This document shows, one piece after another, positions 37,865-47,088 of a stretch of DNA of 64,000 bases. The notes beneath the pieces are model-generated. The model ran no database searches and was not told the DNA's origin. It saw only the letters and a list, made by a program, of their open reading frames with translations. Position 1 is the stretch's first letter. Each line of letters starts with the position of its first letter. The stretch is from contig JAAYNI010000080.1 of the NCBI GenBank assembly GCA_012520995.1, forward strand, positions 25,823 through 89,822, in the 5' to 3' direction. A program made the position numbers and the translations under genes. This stretch comes from Candidatus Rifleibacteriota bacterium. Its GTDB lineage: Bacteria; Muiribacteriota; Ozemobacteria; Ozemobacterales; Ozemobacteraceae.

Positions 37865-39778
37865 TCAATTCTGCCTGTCCAGTGCCGCGTAACAGATTAA
37901 ATCATCGTCTGTCAAAGCCAAGAAGCACAATTGTCGTCTGCATTTAACTATTTTATGAATTTTTGCAGGCGATAAATAATCGGCCAGAATGCCTCCTTTT
38001 TCGCCGAGAAGCCGCAGGTTATCCAGGGCATCCGAAAAAAGAGCTCCCTTTTCATGGGAAATCAGCTTGACCGGCGGGGCTCCCACACGAACCCTAGTCA
38101 TAGTGCCAGTTCGTCTGTTTAGAAGCACAGCTCCGCCTTCTCTGGAAAGAGCGAAAAGGGTTTCAGATTCACGGCAATAAGCCAGAGATGTTGCATAAAC
38201 ACCTGTATCATGTTCAAACAGAACTTTGAGATGCTTGTCCAACAAAAAGACTTTGCCCGATTCAGCTGAAGCAAGAAGACCGCCAGATGATTCTTCCAGG
38301 CTCATGAAAACTACGCCTGAACCCAACGATTCACGAGTCAAAATTTCGCCGTTGTTGTTCACTAAATAAAGAAAGTCAGTTGTTGCCACAGCAACATTTT
38401 CTCCCAAAGAAACCATAGAAACAACTGCAGAATCTAAGGTCAGTTTATGAGAAAAATTAGATAGATTATAATAAAACTTGCATCCGCCCTGCTCGTCAAC
38501 AATCAAAAGCTCACCCGTATCGAAAAGAGCGGCCTCACGGAAAGAACCGAATAAGATCTCCTGACGGTTCCCAGAAAGATCCAGAGTAACTATTTCGCTG
38601 TCTGTTATCACAAATATAAGATCCGCAGGAACAGAAACGCCTGCCGTTATCGGCGTGCCGCTGACAGGCATGCGCCTCATCCAGACTTCCTCGCCAAGAT
38701 CATTCAAGCAGTAGAGGTTGCGTTCATTATCCCAAATCAAGGTATATTCCACCCCGTCCTCGCCTAGCCAAGGCAAAAGCTCCGCATGCTTAATTCCAGC
38801 GCATGGAATAGGTTTATTCCAAATTCGTTGCAAAACAGATCTCTCAGTCTCTTTTGGCGGTTGCGGATCATAAAGAGAAAAAACTTTCTTCCTGCTTAAA
38901 ATATTGCCTGATTGTTTCAGCATACCAATTTCGCCGCGTTCGGTTGCATAGAGAATACTGGTTCCTGTAGGGTCTATAGCTGCCTTAACCAATCGTTCAG
39001 GGAATATATAAAACCATATGACTTCGCCGTTTACATCAGTTTTCTCCATATAGCCCTGCTCTGAATAGAACAAAATCTCATCAGAACCTGCAGCATAAGA
39101 AACAGCGTCAAATTTTTCGCCCGCTTCCCTTTGCCAAACGATATTCCCATCTTTCAAGTTTATCACAACAGGATATCCTGAATGCAAAACAGCAACCGCA
39201 TTAGAAGCTGACAAATCAAGTTCTATGCTTTTGACTCTTGCGTCAAGAAAAATAGGACGTTGTTGATGTCCAAGCAAATCCACAACAACTATTCCGTCTT
39301 TATAGTCTCTGGAATAAGGAATTACAGTAGCAGATGCGTTATGAGCCACTGCAAAATCAGAAGGAAACTTCAGAAGGTTTCTGTACGACCAGTTAACAAG
39401 AAAAGAAGGAGCGGTACAAACCACAGAAGGATCGGGCGTAAGGAAAAAGAGCATGCTGCCGTCTGCGAGAGCCTTTACTCGCAAAACAGGAAAAGGCCTT
39501 TTTCTCCACATAAGAACGCCTTCAGCCGAAAGCAAGAGAGTAAACTTGTCTTTGTCTGTGGCATAGACTTCACCGCTGGCAAGCACATCGGCCGATGTCA
39601 AAGCCAGATTAAGATTTTTCCGCCATACAGGCTTGCCGCTAGAAGCATATATAGCCGCATCGCCGTTTTTTGAGTAAGCAAAGATGCCTCCTCCGCCTGG
39701 AAGAAAGGCTACTGTCTCGAATGGATGCAGATGGGCGCTCCAAGCTATTTCTACTGGTCTGCTCATATTGTCCTTCAA
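37865..39778 (-). CDS. Beta-propeller (PQQ/WD40-like repeat) protein
   Basis: Recurrent G-x-x-x-W blade motifs (GKPVW, GVLMW, GNIVW, GEVIW, GEEVW). Confidence 0.65.
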   Translation of the reverse strand: MKDNMSRPVEIAWSAHLHPFETVAFLPGGGGIFAYSKNGDAAIYASSGKPVWRKNLNLALTSADVLASGEVYATDKDKFTLLLSAEGVLMWRKRPFPVLRVKALADGSMLFFLTPDPSVVCTAPSFLVNWSYRNLLKFPSDFAVAHNASATVIPYSRDYKDGIVVVDLLGHQQRPIFLDARVKSIELDLSASNAVAVLHSGYPVVINLKDGNIVWQREAGEKFDAVSYAAGSDEILFYSEQGYMEKTDVNGEVIWFYIFPERLVKAAIDPTGTSILYATERGEIGMLKQSGNILSRKKVFSLYDPQPPKETERSVLQRIWNKPIPCAGIKHAELLPWLGEDGVEYTLIWDNERNLYCLNDLGEEVWMRRMPVSGTPITAGVSVPADLIFVITDSEIVTLDLSGNRQEILFGSFREAALFDTGELLIVDEQGGCKFYYNLSNFSHKLTLDSAVVSMVSLGENVAVATTDFLYLVNNNGEILTRESLGSGVVFMSLEESSGGLLASAESGKVFLLDKHLKVLFEHDTGVYATSLAYCRESETLFALSREGGAVLLNRRTGTMTRVRVGAPPVKLISHEKGALFSDALDNLRLLGEKGGILADYLSPAKIHKIVKCRRQLCFLALTDDDLICYAALDRQN

Positions 39779-40992
39779 ATAATTTTTGCTATATTCAATA
39801 TAGTTTTAACAGCTTTTGTCATAATGTCCAGCGAAATATATTCAAGTTTGCCGTGAAAATTATGACCGCCAGTAAAAATATTCGGACAAGGCAAACCCAT
39901 AAAAGAAAGCCTTGCTCCGTCAGTACCGCCTCTGATGGGCACTATCATAGGCGTAACCCCCGCATTGGTTATGGCAATTTTGGCCTTGTCAATCATATCT
40001 TTGTGCTTATCTATGATTTCCTTCATATTTCTGTAGCTGTCTTTTATTTCCAAGCTGACAGAAGCTCCCAGAGGCATGCAAGCCTTAAGTCCCTGAACCT
40101 TTTCCCGCATATAGTTTTTGCGCTCTTCAAAACCTGACTCGCTGAAATCTCTGATAATATAATGTAACTCGCTTCTCTCAACATTTCCGCTCATAGAAGT
40201 CAGATGATAAAAACCTTCATATTCTTCGGTATTTTCAGGCACTTCATACTTGGGCATAGAGCAATGGAAAGCCGCAGCCATTCCTTGGCTGTTGATCATA
40301 ATATCTTTGGCGCTTCCCGGGTGAACACTTACGCCTTTGAAAATAACTTTGGCTGAAGCAGCATTGAAATTTTCAAATTGAAGCTCGCCAGGCGCTCCGC
40401 CGTCAATCGTATAAGCAATTTCAGCTTTGAAGCGATCCAACGGAAACTTGTCGGCCCCTCGGCCTATTTCTTCATCAGGCGTGAAGCCTATGTAAATATC
40501 GCCATGCTTTATAGAAGGATCAGCCTTCAGCATCTCAACAGCTGTTACTATCTCAGCTACGCCAGCTTTGTCATCAGCTCCTAGCAGAGTCGTGCCGTCC
40601 GTGGTTATAAGATCATGGCCTATATATTTTTCCAGATAAGGTTCTTTAGCAAAGTTCAAAGATATTCCGCTTGTTCCAAGAGGAATATCGCCTCCCTTGT
40701 ATCCTCTTATAACTTGAGGTTTAACATCTTTACCTGAACAATCAGGAGCCGTATCAAAGTGGGCTATAAAACCGACAGGAATCCTTCCTTCTTCGTTGGC
40801 AGGCAATTTGGCAGTGAGATAGCAATTGTCATCCAAGACAACTTCTTCCAGGCCAATCTTTTTCAGTTCAGCTTCAACAAGCTTAGCCAGTTCAAACTGC
40901 CCCTGCGTTGAGGGACATGCTTCATTTGTTTCATCAGACATAGTGTCAACTGTTACATACGAGAGAAAGCGATTCAATAATTTTTCTTTCAT
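39775..40992 (-). CDS. pepT: Peptidase T (tripeptidase)
   Basis: AHFDT, LGADDKAG, FTPDEEIGRG, YTIDGG, RGGTDGA, NFHGKLE. Confidence 0.97.
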   Translation of the reverse strand: MKEKLLNRFLSYVTVDTMSDETNEACPSTQGQFELAKLVEAELKKIGLEEVVLDDNCYLTAKLPANEEGRIPVGFIAHFDTAPDCSGKDVKPQVIRGYKGGDIPLGTSGISLNFAKEPYLEKYIGHDLITTDGTTLLGADDKAGVAEIVTAVEMLKADPSIKHGDIYIGFTPDEEIGRGADKFPLDRFKAEIAYTIDGGAPGELQFENFNAASAKVIFKGVSVHPGSAKDIMINSQGMAAAFHCSMPKYEVPENTEEYEGFYHLTSMSGNVERSELHYIIRDFSESGFEERKNYMREKVQGLKACMPLGASVSLEIKDSYRNMKEIIDKHKDMIDKAKIAITNAGVTPMIVPIRGGTDGARLSFMGLPCPNIFTGGHNFHGKLEYISLDIMTKAVKTILNIAKII

Positions 40993-41046
40993 TTAAATTT
41001 CCTATAGCTGTAAAATACTGTTGTCCGTAAGATTATATAAAAGTTG

Positions 41047-41060
41047 TAGATTATAATCAA
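41047..41060. promoter_or_regulatory. FNR/CRP-family-like palindrome between divergent pepT and pntA
   Basis: TAGAT-TATA-ATCAA, a 9/10 match to TTGAT-N4-ATCAA; it also contains TATAAT on both strands. Confidence 0.3.
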
Positions 41061-41118
41061 ACCTGTTAGCATATTCCTGTAGTTTATATAAATTTTATAG
41101 TGTTCCGGAGGGGAAAAC

Positions 41119-42282
41119 ATGATTGTTGTTGGCATACCAAAAGAAATTATGCCTGGAGAAGACCGCGTATCGGCCACTCCCGAAACTGTCAAAAAAATGG
41201 TTGACTTAGGCTTCAAAGTAGTATTTGAAGCAGGCGCAGGCGAAGGTTCCTATTACCATGACCCTGAGTACAAAGCGGCAGGCGCTGAAATAGTCGATTG
41301 CGCCTCAAAGGTCTTTGAAAAGGCCAATGTCATACTCAAAGTCAAAGAACCGCTTTTCAACGAAAAGCTGCAAAAACATGAAATAGATTTAATGCATGAA
41401 GGCGAATATCTAATCACCTTCATACATCCTGCAGCTCCAGTAAACCACGAGATGGTCAAAAAGATGGCCGAAAGAGGAATCATCAGCATTACGCTCGATG
41501 GTATTCCCAGAATCACAAGAGCCCAGAAAATGGACGCTCTCACGTCTATGAGTACCTGTGCAGGATACAAAGGCATAATAATGGCGACGGATACTCTGCC
41601 GAAATTTGCGCCTCAAATTTTCACCGCTGTAGGGCAAATAAAACCTATAAACGTGCTTGTAGTAGGCACTGGCGTTGGCGGTCTGCAAGCTATAGCGACA
41701 GCTAAAAGGCTGGGCGCGGTAACTTATGCTGCCGACATCAGACCTGATGCTGCTGAACAAGCTGCTTCTCTCGGGGCCAAAGTCATAGACCTCGGTGTTC
41801 CCAAAGAAGCTGCAATAGGCGAAGGCGGATATGCTCAGGCTCTCTCTGAAGACCTGCTCAAAAAGGAAAGAGCAATACTTAAAGAACATGTCAAAGACAT
41901 GGATATTATATTCCTTTCTGCATTGGTTCCCGGTGAACTGGCTCCCGTTCTGATTACCGAAGAAATGGTTAAGAGCATGAAACCTGGCTCAGTAATAGTC
42001 GACATTTCCATTGACCAAGGCGGAAACTGTGAAATTACCACGCCTGGAAAAACCGAAGAAAAACACCACGTCACAATCTTCGGCATAAAAAACATACCCG
42101 GTCTTCTGCCCACAAGCTCCACCTGGATGTTTTCCAGAAACATTCTCGCCCTGCTTGAATACTTGGTAAAAGACGGTAAAATCGTCCTCGACATGGAAGA
42201 CGAAATAATCAAAAAGTCGCTTACCACCAAGGACGGCAAGATTGTTCACAAGGGCGCGAAAAAAGCCATGGGTCTTGCTTAA
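41119..42282 (+). CDS. pntA: NAD(P) transhydrogenase subunit alpha part 1 (domain I, NAD(H)-binding)
   Basis: GIPKE, RVSATPE, RITRAQKMD (RQD loop), GTGVGGL, GGYA mobile loop, VDISIDQGGNCE. Confidence 0.95.
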   Translation: MIVVGIPKEIMPGEDRVSATPETVKKMVDLGFKVVFEAGAGEGSYYHDPEYKAAGAEIVDCASKVFEKANVILKVKEPLFNEKLQKHEIDLMHEGEYLITFIHPAAPVNHEMVKKMAERGIISITLDGIPRITRAQKMDALTSMSTCAGYKGIIMATDTLPKFAPQIFTAVGQIKPINVLVVGTGVGGLQAIATAKRLGAVTYAADIRPDAAEQAASLGAKVIDLGVPKEAAIGEGGYAQALSEDLLKKERAILKEHVKDMDIIFLSALVPGELAPVLITEEMVKSMKPGSVIVDISIDQGGNCEITTPGKTEEKHHVTIFGIKNIPGLLPTSSTWMFSRNILALLEYLVKDGKIVLDMEDEIIKKSLTTKDGKIVHKGAKKAMGLA

Positions 42283-42320
42283 AAGCCAGATTCGAGTCCA
42301 TTAACGTCTAAAAACAACGG

Positions 42321-42353
42321 AGGCCGCATGTGACTTTTTGCCGCATGCGGCCT
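42321..42353. other. Intra-operon hairpin between pntA parts
   Basis: aggccgcatg-N13-catgcggcct, a perfect 10-bp stem. Confidence 0.45.
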
Positions 42354-42372
42354 TAATCTTAGGAGAATATCA

Positions 42373-42690
42373 ATGACTGTTTACAACTGGGCTGCGCTGG
42401 TAGTCTTCGCAGTTGCCACATTTTTAGGCTACAAGGTAATAAACACTGTACCAAGCCTTTTACACACCCCCTTAATGTCCGGCATGAACGCCTTTTCAGG
42501 CGTAACACTGCTAGGTTGTCTCACCGCAACCGCCACAGCTGTTGCGGTCGGCGGATGGCTAGGTCGTCTGCTTGGCGCTATAGCAATTATACTTGCAATG
42601 ATAAATCTTGTAGGCGGCTTTGCCGTGACTCACAGAATGCTTAAAATGTTCAGGTCAAAAGATGACCATAAAAAAGAAGGAGACAATTAA
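42373..42690 (+). CDS. NAD(P) transhydrogenase subunit alpha part 2 (membrane)
   Basis: LHTPLMSGMNAFSG and GGFAVTHRMLKMF motifs. Confidence 0.95.
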   Translation: MTVYNWAALVVFAVATFLGYKVINTVPSLLHTPLMSGMNAFSGVTLLGCLTATATAVAVGGWLGRLLGAIAIILAMINLVGGFAVTHRMLKMFRSKDDHKKEGDN

Positions 42691-42692
42691 TC

Positions 42693-45600
42693 ATGCAGCC
42701 TGAACATATATATTATTATTTAGTCTCAATAATTTTCTCTGTCATAGTCCTTTGGGGCATAAGCATGATGAGCAAGGTCAAAACTGCCGTAAAAGGCAAC
42801 CTCATAGGCTCGGCCATCATGGTTCTCGCTATTGGCCTAACTCTCTGGAATTTCAATATTTTCTCAGTAGCAGATTTATGGATAGCTATGCTAATAGGCA
42901 CAGCTCTGGGACTCTGGATGGCCAACAAAGTAAAAATGATCCAAATGCCTCAAATGGTTGGGCTTTTAAACGGATTTGGCGGCGGAGCTTCCATGATAGC
43001 TGGCATCTTAAGCCTTTCAAACCATTACCATTCTCTTGCAACAGAAGCTGTCAAAGGAGCCACTCTAAACAGTTTCGGTCTTTTAACAGCTGCTTTAGCT
43101 GTCTTTACAGGAGCTTTTACTCTTTCGGGCAGTATAGTGGCAGCAGGCAAGCTCCATGGAAAAATCTCGCAAAAACCTAAGTTTTTCCAAGACAACCCTG
43201 ATCGTCATGCCCTGTTATTCACCATAACCCTTATCATCGCCTTGGTAAGCGTTGTTATGATAGCTTTCACGCAAACAGGCGGAATGATCGCATTGATCAC
43301 TGTCTGCACTATTGTAAGTCTTGTATTTGGCGTATTGTTTGCAACACCCGTAGGCGGTGCCGATATGCCCATAACTATCTCACTGCTTAACTCGATGTCA
43401 GGGGTTGCAGGCTCTATAGCAGGTATGGCTATTGATGACTTCCTGCTCGTAGCAGTCGGCGGAATAGTCGGAGCTTCTGGTCTCTTCTTGACGCAAATTA
43501 TGAGCAAGGCAATGAACAGGCCTCTTAAATCTATCCTCTTCCCTAGAGGTTCTAAAAAGAAAACCGATAAAGAAGAGAAAAAATCCGCTCCTGCTCAAAA
43601 ATCAGAACCTCCGAAAACCAAAGAAACTGAAAAAACCGCCGATTCCAAAGATCCGGCTCAATGGCTTAAAGACGCGAAAACCGTTATTATCACTCCTGGT
43701 TACGGCATGGCGGTAGCTCAAGCCCAATCCCTTGTAAAACAGCTTTCAGACAAGCTTGAAGGCATGGGCAAAAAAGTCGAATTCGCGATCCACTCGGTTG
43801 CGGGAAGAATGCCTGGCCACATGAACATACTTCTCGCGGAAGTTGACGTGCCTTATGAAAAGCTTCACGAAATGGATGACATCAACCCGAAATTCAAAGA
43901 AACAGATGTCGCAATAGTGATCGGCGCAAACGACGTTGTAAATCCGGCTGCAAATACCGTTGAAAACACACCTCTCTCGGGAGTTCCTATACTCAACGTA
44001 TCCGAAGCCAAAAAGGTGATTATCTGCAACTTTGATAAAAAACCTGGCTACGCAGGAGTCGATAACCCGCTTTATGAAGAAGGCAAAAAGAATGTCGCTT
44101 TGATGCTGGGAGACGCAAAAGACTCACTCAAAACTTTGCTCGAAGGCCTAAGCTCAGCTTCAAAACCTGCTGCTGAAAGCCAAAAGGCAGCGAATAAAGA
44201 TAATCCTGCCGAATGGCTCAAAGAAGCCAAAACCGTCATTATCACCCCAGGCTACGGCATGGCAGTTGCACAAGCCCAATCCCTTGTAAAACAGCTTTCA
44301 GATAAGCTTGAAAGCATGGGCAAAAAAGTCGAATTTGCGATTCACTCGGTTGCAGGCAGAATGCCTGGCCACATGAACATACTGCTCGCTGAAGTTGACG
44401 TGCCTTACGAAAAGCTCCACGAGATGGACGATATAAATCCGAAATTTAAAGAAACAGATGTAGCAATAGTAATCGGCGCAAACGATGTTGTGAACCCGGC
44501 TGCTAATACAGTAGCGGATACTCCGCTCTCTGGAGTGCCAATACTTAACGTCTCCGAAGCCAAAAAGGTCATTATCTGCAACTTTGATAAAAAGCCTGGT
44601 TACGCAGGAGTGGATAATCCGCTTTATGAAGAAGGCAAAAAGAATGTCGCTTTGATGCTGGGAGACGCGAAAGACTCACTCAAAACCTTGCTTGAAGGCC
44701 TAAGCTCAACTCCCAAACCCGCCGCTGAAAGCAAAAAAGCAGAAGCCGATGACAACAATCCTGCCGAATGGCTTAAAGACGCGAAAACTGTTATTATCAC
44801 CCCAGGTTACGGCATGGCGGTAGCTCAAGCCCAGTCACTTGTAAAACAGCTTTCAGATAAGCTTGAAGGCATGGGCAAAAAGGTCGAATTCGCGATCCAC
44901 TCGGTCGCGGGAAGAATGCCTGGCCACATGAACATACTTCTCGCGGAAGTTGACGTTCCTTACGAAAAACTTCACGAAATGGATGATATAAACCCGAAAT
45001 TCAAAGAAACAGATGTCGCAATAGTAATCGGCGCAAACGATGTTGTGAACCCGGCTGCCAATACAGTAGAAGACACCCCGCTCTCAGGAGTTCCCATACT
45101 TAACGTATCGGAAGCCAAAAAGGTCATTATCTGCAACTTCGATAAAAAGCCAGGTTACGCAGGAGTTGATAACCCGCTTTATGAAGAAGGCAAAAAAAAT
45201 GTCGCTTTGATGCTGGGAGACGCAAAAGACTCACTCAAATCTCTCTTGGAAGGTTTAAGCTCTACTGCAAAACCTGCCACAACTGACAAGAAAGCCGCTT
45301 CTTCAACGAAAGATCCGGCCAAGTGGCTGAAAGATGCTAAAAGTGTTATAATTACTCCTGGCTACGGCATGGCAGTCGCGCAAGCCCAGTCGCTTGTAAA
45401 ACAGTTAGCCGACAAGCTTGAAGGCATGGGCAAAAAAGTCGAATTCGCGATCCACTCGGTCGCGGGAAGAATGCCTGGCCATATGAACATACTTCTCGCA
45501 GAAGTTGACGTGCCTTATGAAAAACTTCACGAAATGGACGATATAAACCCCGAGTTCAAAAACACGGATGTAGCTATAGTTATAGGTGCAAACGACGTTG

Positions 45601-45815
45601 TGAACCCGGCCGCCAACACAGTTGAAGATACGCCGCTTTCGGGAGTTCCCATACTCAACGTCTCTGAAGCGAAAAAAGTGATAATTTGCAACTTCGACAA
45701 AAAACCCGGTTATGCCGGAGTAGATAACCCGCTCTACGAAGACGGGCAAGAAAATGTAGCCCTTATGCTTGGAGATGCGAAAGACTCACTTAAATCACTT
45801 TTGGAAAAACTCTAA
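42693..45815 (+). CDS. pntB: NAD(P) transhydrogenase subunit beta with four tandem domain III copies
   Basis: Membrane part with MPQMVGLLNGFGG, GGADMP, LLNS, KAMNR; then four copies of PGYGMAVAQ / HSVAGRMPGHMN / GANDVVNPAA / GYAGVDNPL / GDAK. Confidence 0.95.
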   Translation: MQPEHIYYYLVSIIFSVIVLWGISMMSKVKTAVKGNLIGSAIMVLAIGLTLWNFNIFSVADLWIAMLIGTALGLWMANKVKMIQMPQMVGLLNGFGGGASMIAGILSLSNHYHSLATEAVKGATLNSFGLLTAALAVFTGAFTLSGSIVAAGKLHGKISQKPKFFQDNPDRHALLFTITLIIALVSVVMIAFTQTGGMIALITVCTIVSLVFGVLFATPVGGADMPITISLLNSMSGVAGSIAGMAIDDFLLVAVGGIVGASGLFLTQIMSKAMNRPLKSILFPRGSKKKTDKEEKKSAPAQKSEPPKTKETEKTADSKDPAQWLKDAKTVIITPGYGMAVAQAQSLVKQLSDKLEGMGKKVEFAIHSVAGRMPGHMNILLAEVDVPYEKLHEMDDINPKFKETDVAIVIGANDVVNPAANTVENTPLSGVPILNVSEAKKVIICNFDKKPGYAGVDNPLYEEGKKNVALMLGDAKDSLKTLLEGLSSASKPAAESQKAANKDNPAEWLKEAKTVIITPGYGMAVAQAQSLVKQLSDKLESMGKKVEFAIHSVAGRMPGHMNILLAEVDVPYEKLHEMDDINPKFKETDVAIVIGANDVVNPAANTVADTPLSGVPILNVSEAKKVIICNFDKKPGYAGVDNPLYEEGKKNVALMLGDAKDSLKTLLEGLSSTPKPAAESKKAEADDNNPAEWLKDAKTVIITPGYGMAVAQAQSLVKQLSDKLEGMGKKVEFAIHSVAGRMPGHMNILLAEVDVPYEKLHEMDDINPKFKETDVAIVIGANDVVNPAANTVEDTPLSGVPILNVSEAKKVIICNFDKKPGYAGVDNPLYEEGKKNVALMLGDAKDSLKSLLEGLSSTAKPATTDKKAASSTKDPAKWLKDAKSVIITPGYGMAVAQAQSLVKQLADKLEGMGKKVEFAIHSVAGRMPGHMNILLAEVDVPYEKLHEMDDINPEFKNTDVAIVIGANDVVNPAANTVEDTPLSGVPILNVSEAKKVIICNFDKKPGYAGVDNPLYEDGQENVALMLGDAKDSLKSLLEKL
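43650..45815 (+). repeat. Four tandem repeats of about 553 bp encoding PntB domain III
   Basis: Units start at 43650, 44202, 44757 and 45312 (periods 552, 555, 555 bp); many synonymous differences; distinct linkers. Confidence 0.97.
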
Positions 45816-46534
45816 TGACTATAGCGAATAAATATGCGGACAGGACAGTTCCTTCAATAACTGAACAGATTATGCAGCTAAGACAAATTTACACAGATCT
45901 CTTTTTCAAACTTATATCTTTCACTCTAGATGATGAATTTTTCCAATATATGGGCGAAGCCTTGGAATTTTTCTACAATCTGGAAGAAGGCGACGAATAC
46001 GAGTTTGATGCTGAAAATGAACTGCTCTTTCTTTCATGGTATCTGCTTGATGACGCTGACGCATATGGAAACGCTCTCATTGATGAGTTTCTTAGAAGAC
46101 ACGCTGGCAGCGATCTGCTTTCCGTCACGGAAAAGCAGATCGCCGTAGCTTTGAAGCAAACCTATTTATCAGTTTATACTGTTGAAGAAGTGACTCCAGG
46201 AGAATCAATGATTCTTAAGGATCTGTTCAGCGGCAAGACTTATAAAGTATTAGAAGCTTCCGGAACAAAAGTGATTGAAAAGGGCTCTACAGTTCATACC
46301 AGACTTCTGCTATTAGGCAAAACCTCTTTCATGGTAGGCGCCGCAGTGGTAATGACTCCGGAAATGGGTCCGGCAATAGCGGAGTTTATAACAGAACAAT
46401 ACAAAGAACAGTGTGAAGAAGGTTATAAGGCTTCTTTCAAAGACTTTCTGAAAAACAGCGGTGAATTAGTCACTTGGTGGCTGAGAGCCAATGAATATAA
46501 AGATGTGCCTAACGCGTCCACAGAACTCTTATGA
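45815..46534 (+). CDS. Hypothetical acidic protein translationally coupled to pntB
   Basis: TAATG overlap with the pntB stop; 239-aa ORF with normal composition; no family recognised with confidence. Confidence 0.75.
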   Translation: MTIANKYADRTVPSITEQIMQLRQIYTDLFFKLISFTLDDEFFQYMGEALEFFYNLEEGDEYEFDAENELLFLSWYLLDDADAYGNALIDEFLRRHAGSDLLSVTEKQIAVALKQTYLSVYTVEEVTPGESMILKDLFSGKTYKVLEASGTKVIEKGSTVHTRLLLLGKTSFMVGAAVVMTPEMGPAIAEFITEQYKEQCEEGYKASFKDFLKNSGELVTWWLRANEYKDVPNASTELL

Positions 46535-47088
46535 AGGAAAAAAACACCAAGACAGTAACTGTATTTTGTGCCTCTTCAGACAATCTTTCTGAGCAAATAA
46601 AGCTCTTATCAGCAAGATTCGCTGAGCTTTTGGCTAAAAAAAATTGCCACATGATATACGGCGGTACTTCTACAGGCCTTATGGGAACAATAGCAAACGC
46701 TTATAAAGAAGCGGGAGGCCATCTTATAGGAATTGTGCCTGAATATTTCATCAAAAGAGGCGAAAAATACAGCCTCTTGGATGAAACTCACTACGTTTCC
46801 TCTGTAAGCGAACGCAAACAGATGATGGTAAAACTCTCTGACGCTCTGATTATGCTGCCAGGCGGAATAGGAACCTATGACGAGTTCTTTGACGCGCTAG
46901 CGCGAAAACAGCTCGGACAATGCGTGGCCTCCATTTACATTTTTAATGCCTGCGGCTTTTATGACAAGTTTCTGGAAATGCTTGCTTATGGAGTAGAAAA
47001 TGGAGCCATAACGAGTGAAACAATGCAGCTTTTCAAGGTATTCGACTCTCCCGAGAAACTGGCGGAAGACATTAACTTAAAACAGTGA
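46531..47088 (+). CDS. LOG-family (TIGR00730) nucleoside monophosphate phosphoribohydrolase
   Basis: VFCASS, YGG...GLMG, ERKQMM, PGGIGTYDE. Confidence 0.92.
   Translation: MKEKNTKTVTVFCASSDNLSEQIKLLSARFAELLAKKNCHMIYGGTSTGLMGTIANAYKEAGGHLIGIVPEYFIKRGEKYSLLDETHYVSSVSERKQMMVKLSDALIMLPGGIGTYDEFFDALARKQLGQCVASIYIFNACGFYDKFLEMLAYGVENGAITSETMQLFKVFDSPEKLAEDINLKQ

Noticed and set aside
43650-45815. Assembly artefact explanation for the pntB repeats
   Set aside because: Copies differ at many synonymous sites, have unique linkers and keep frame; an artefact would give identical copies. Read confirmation is still advisable.
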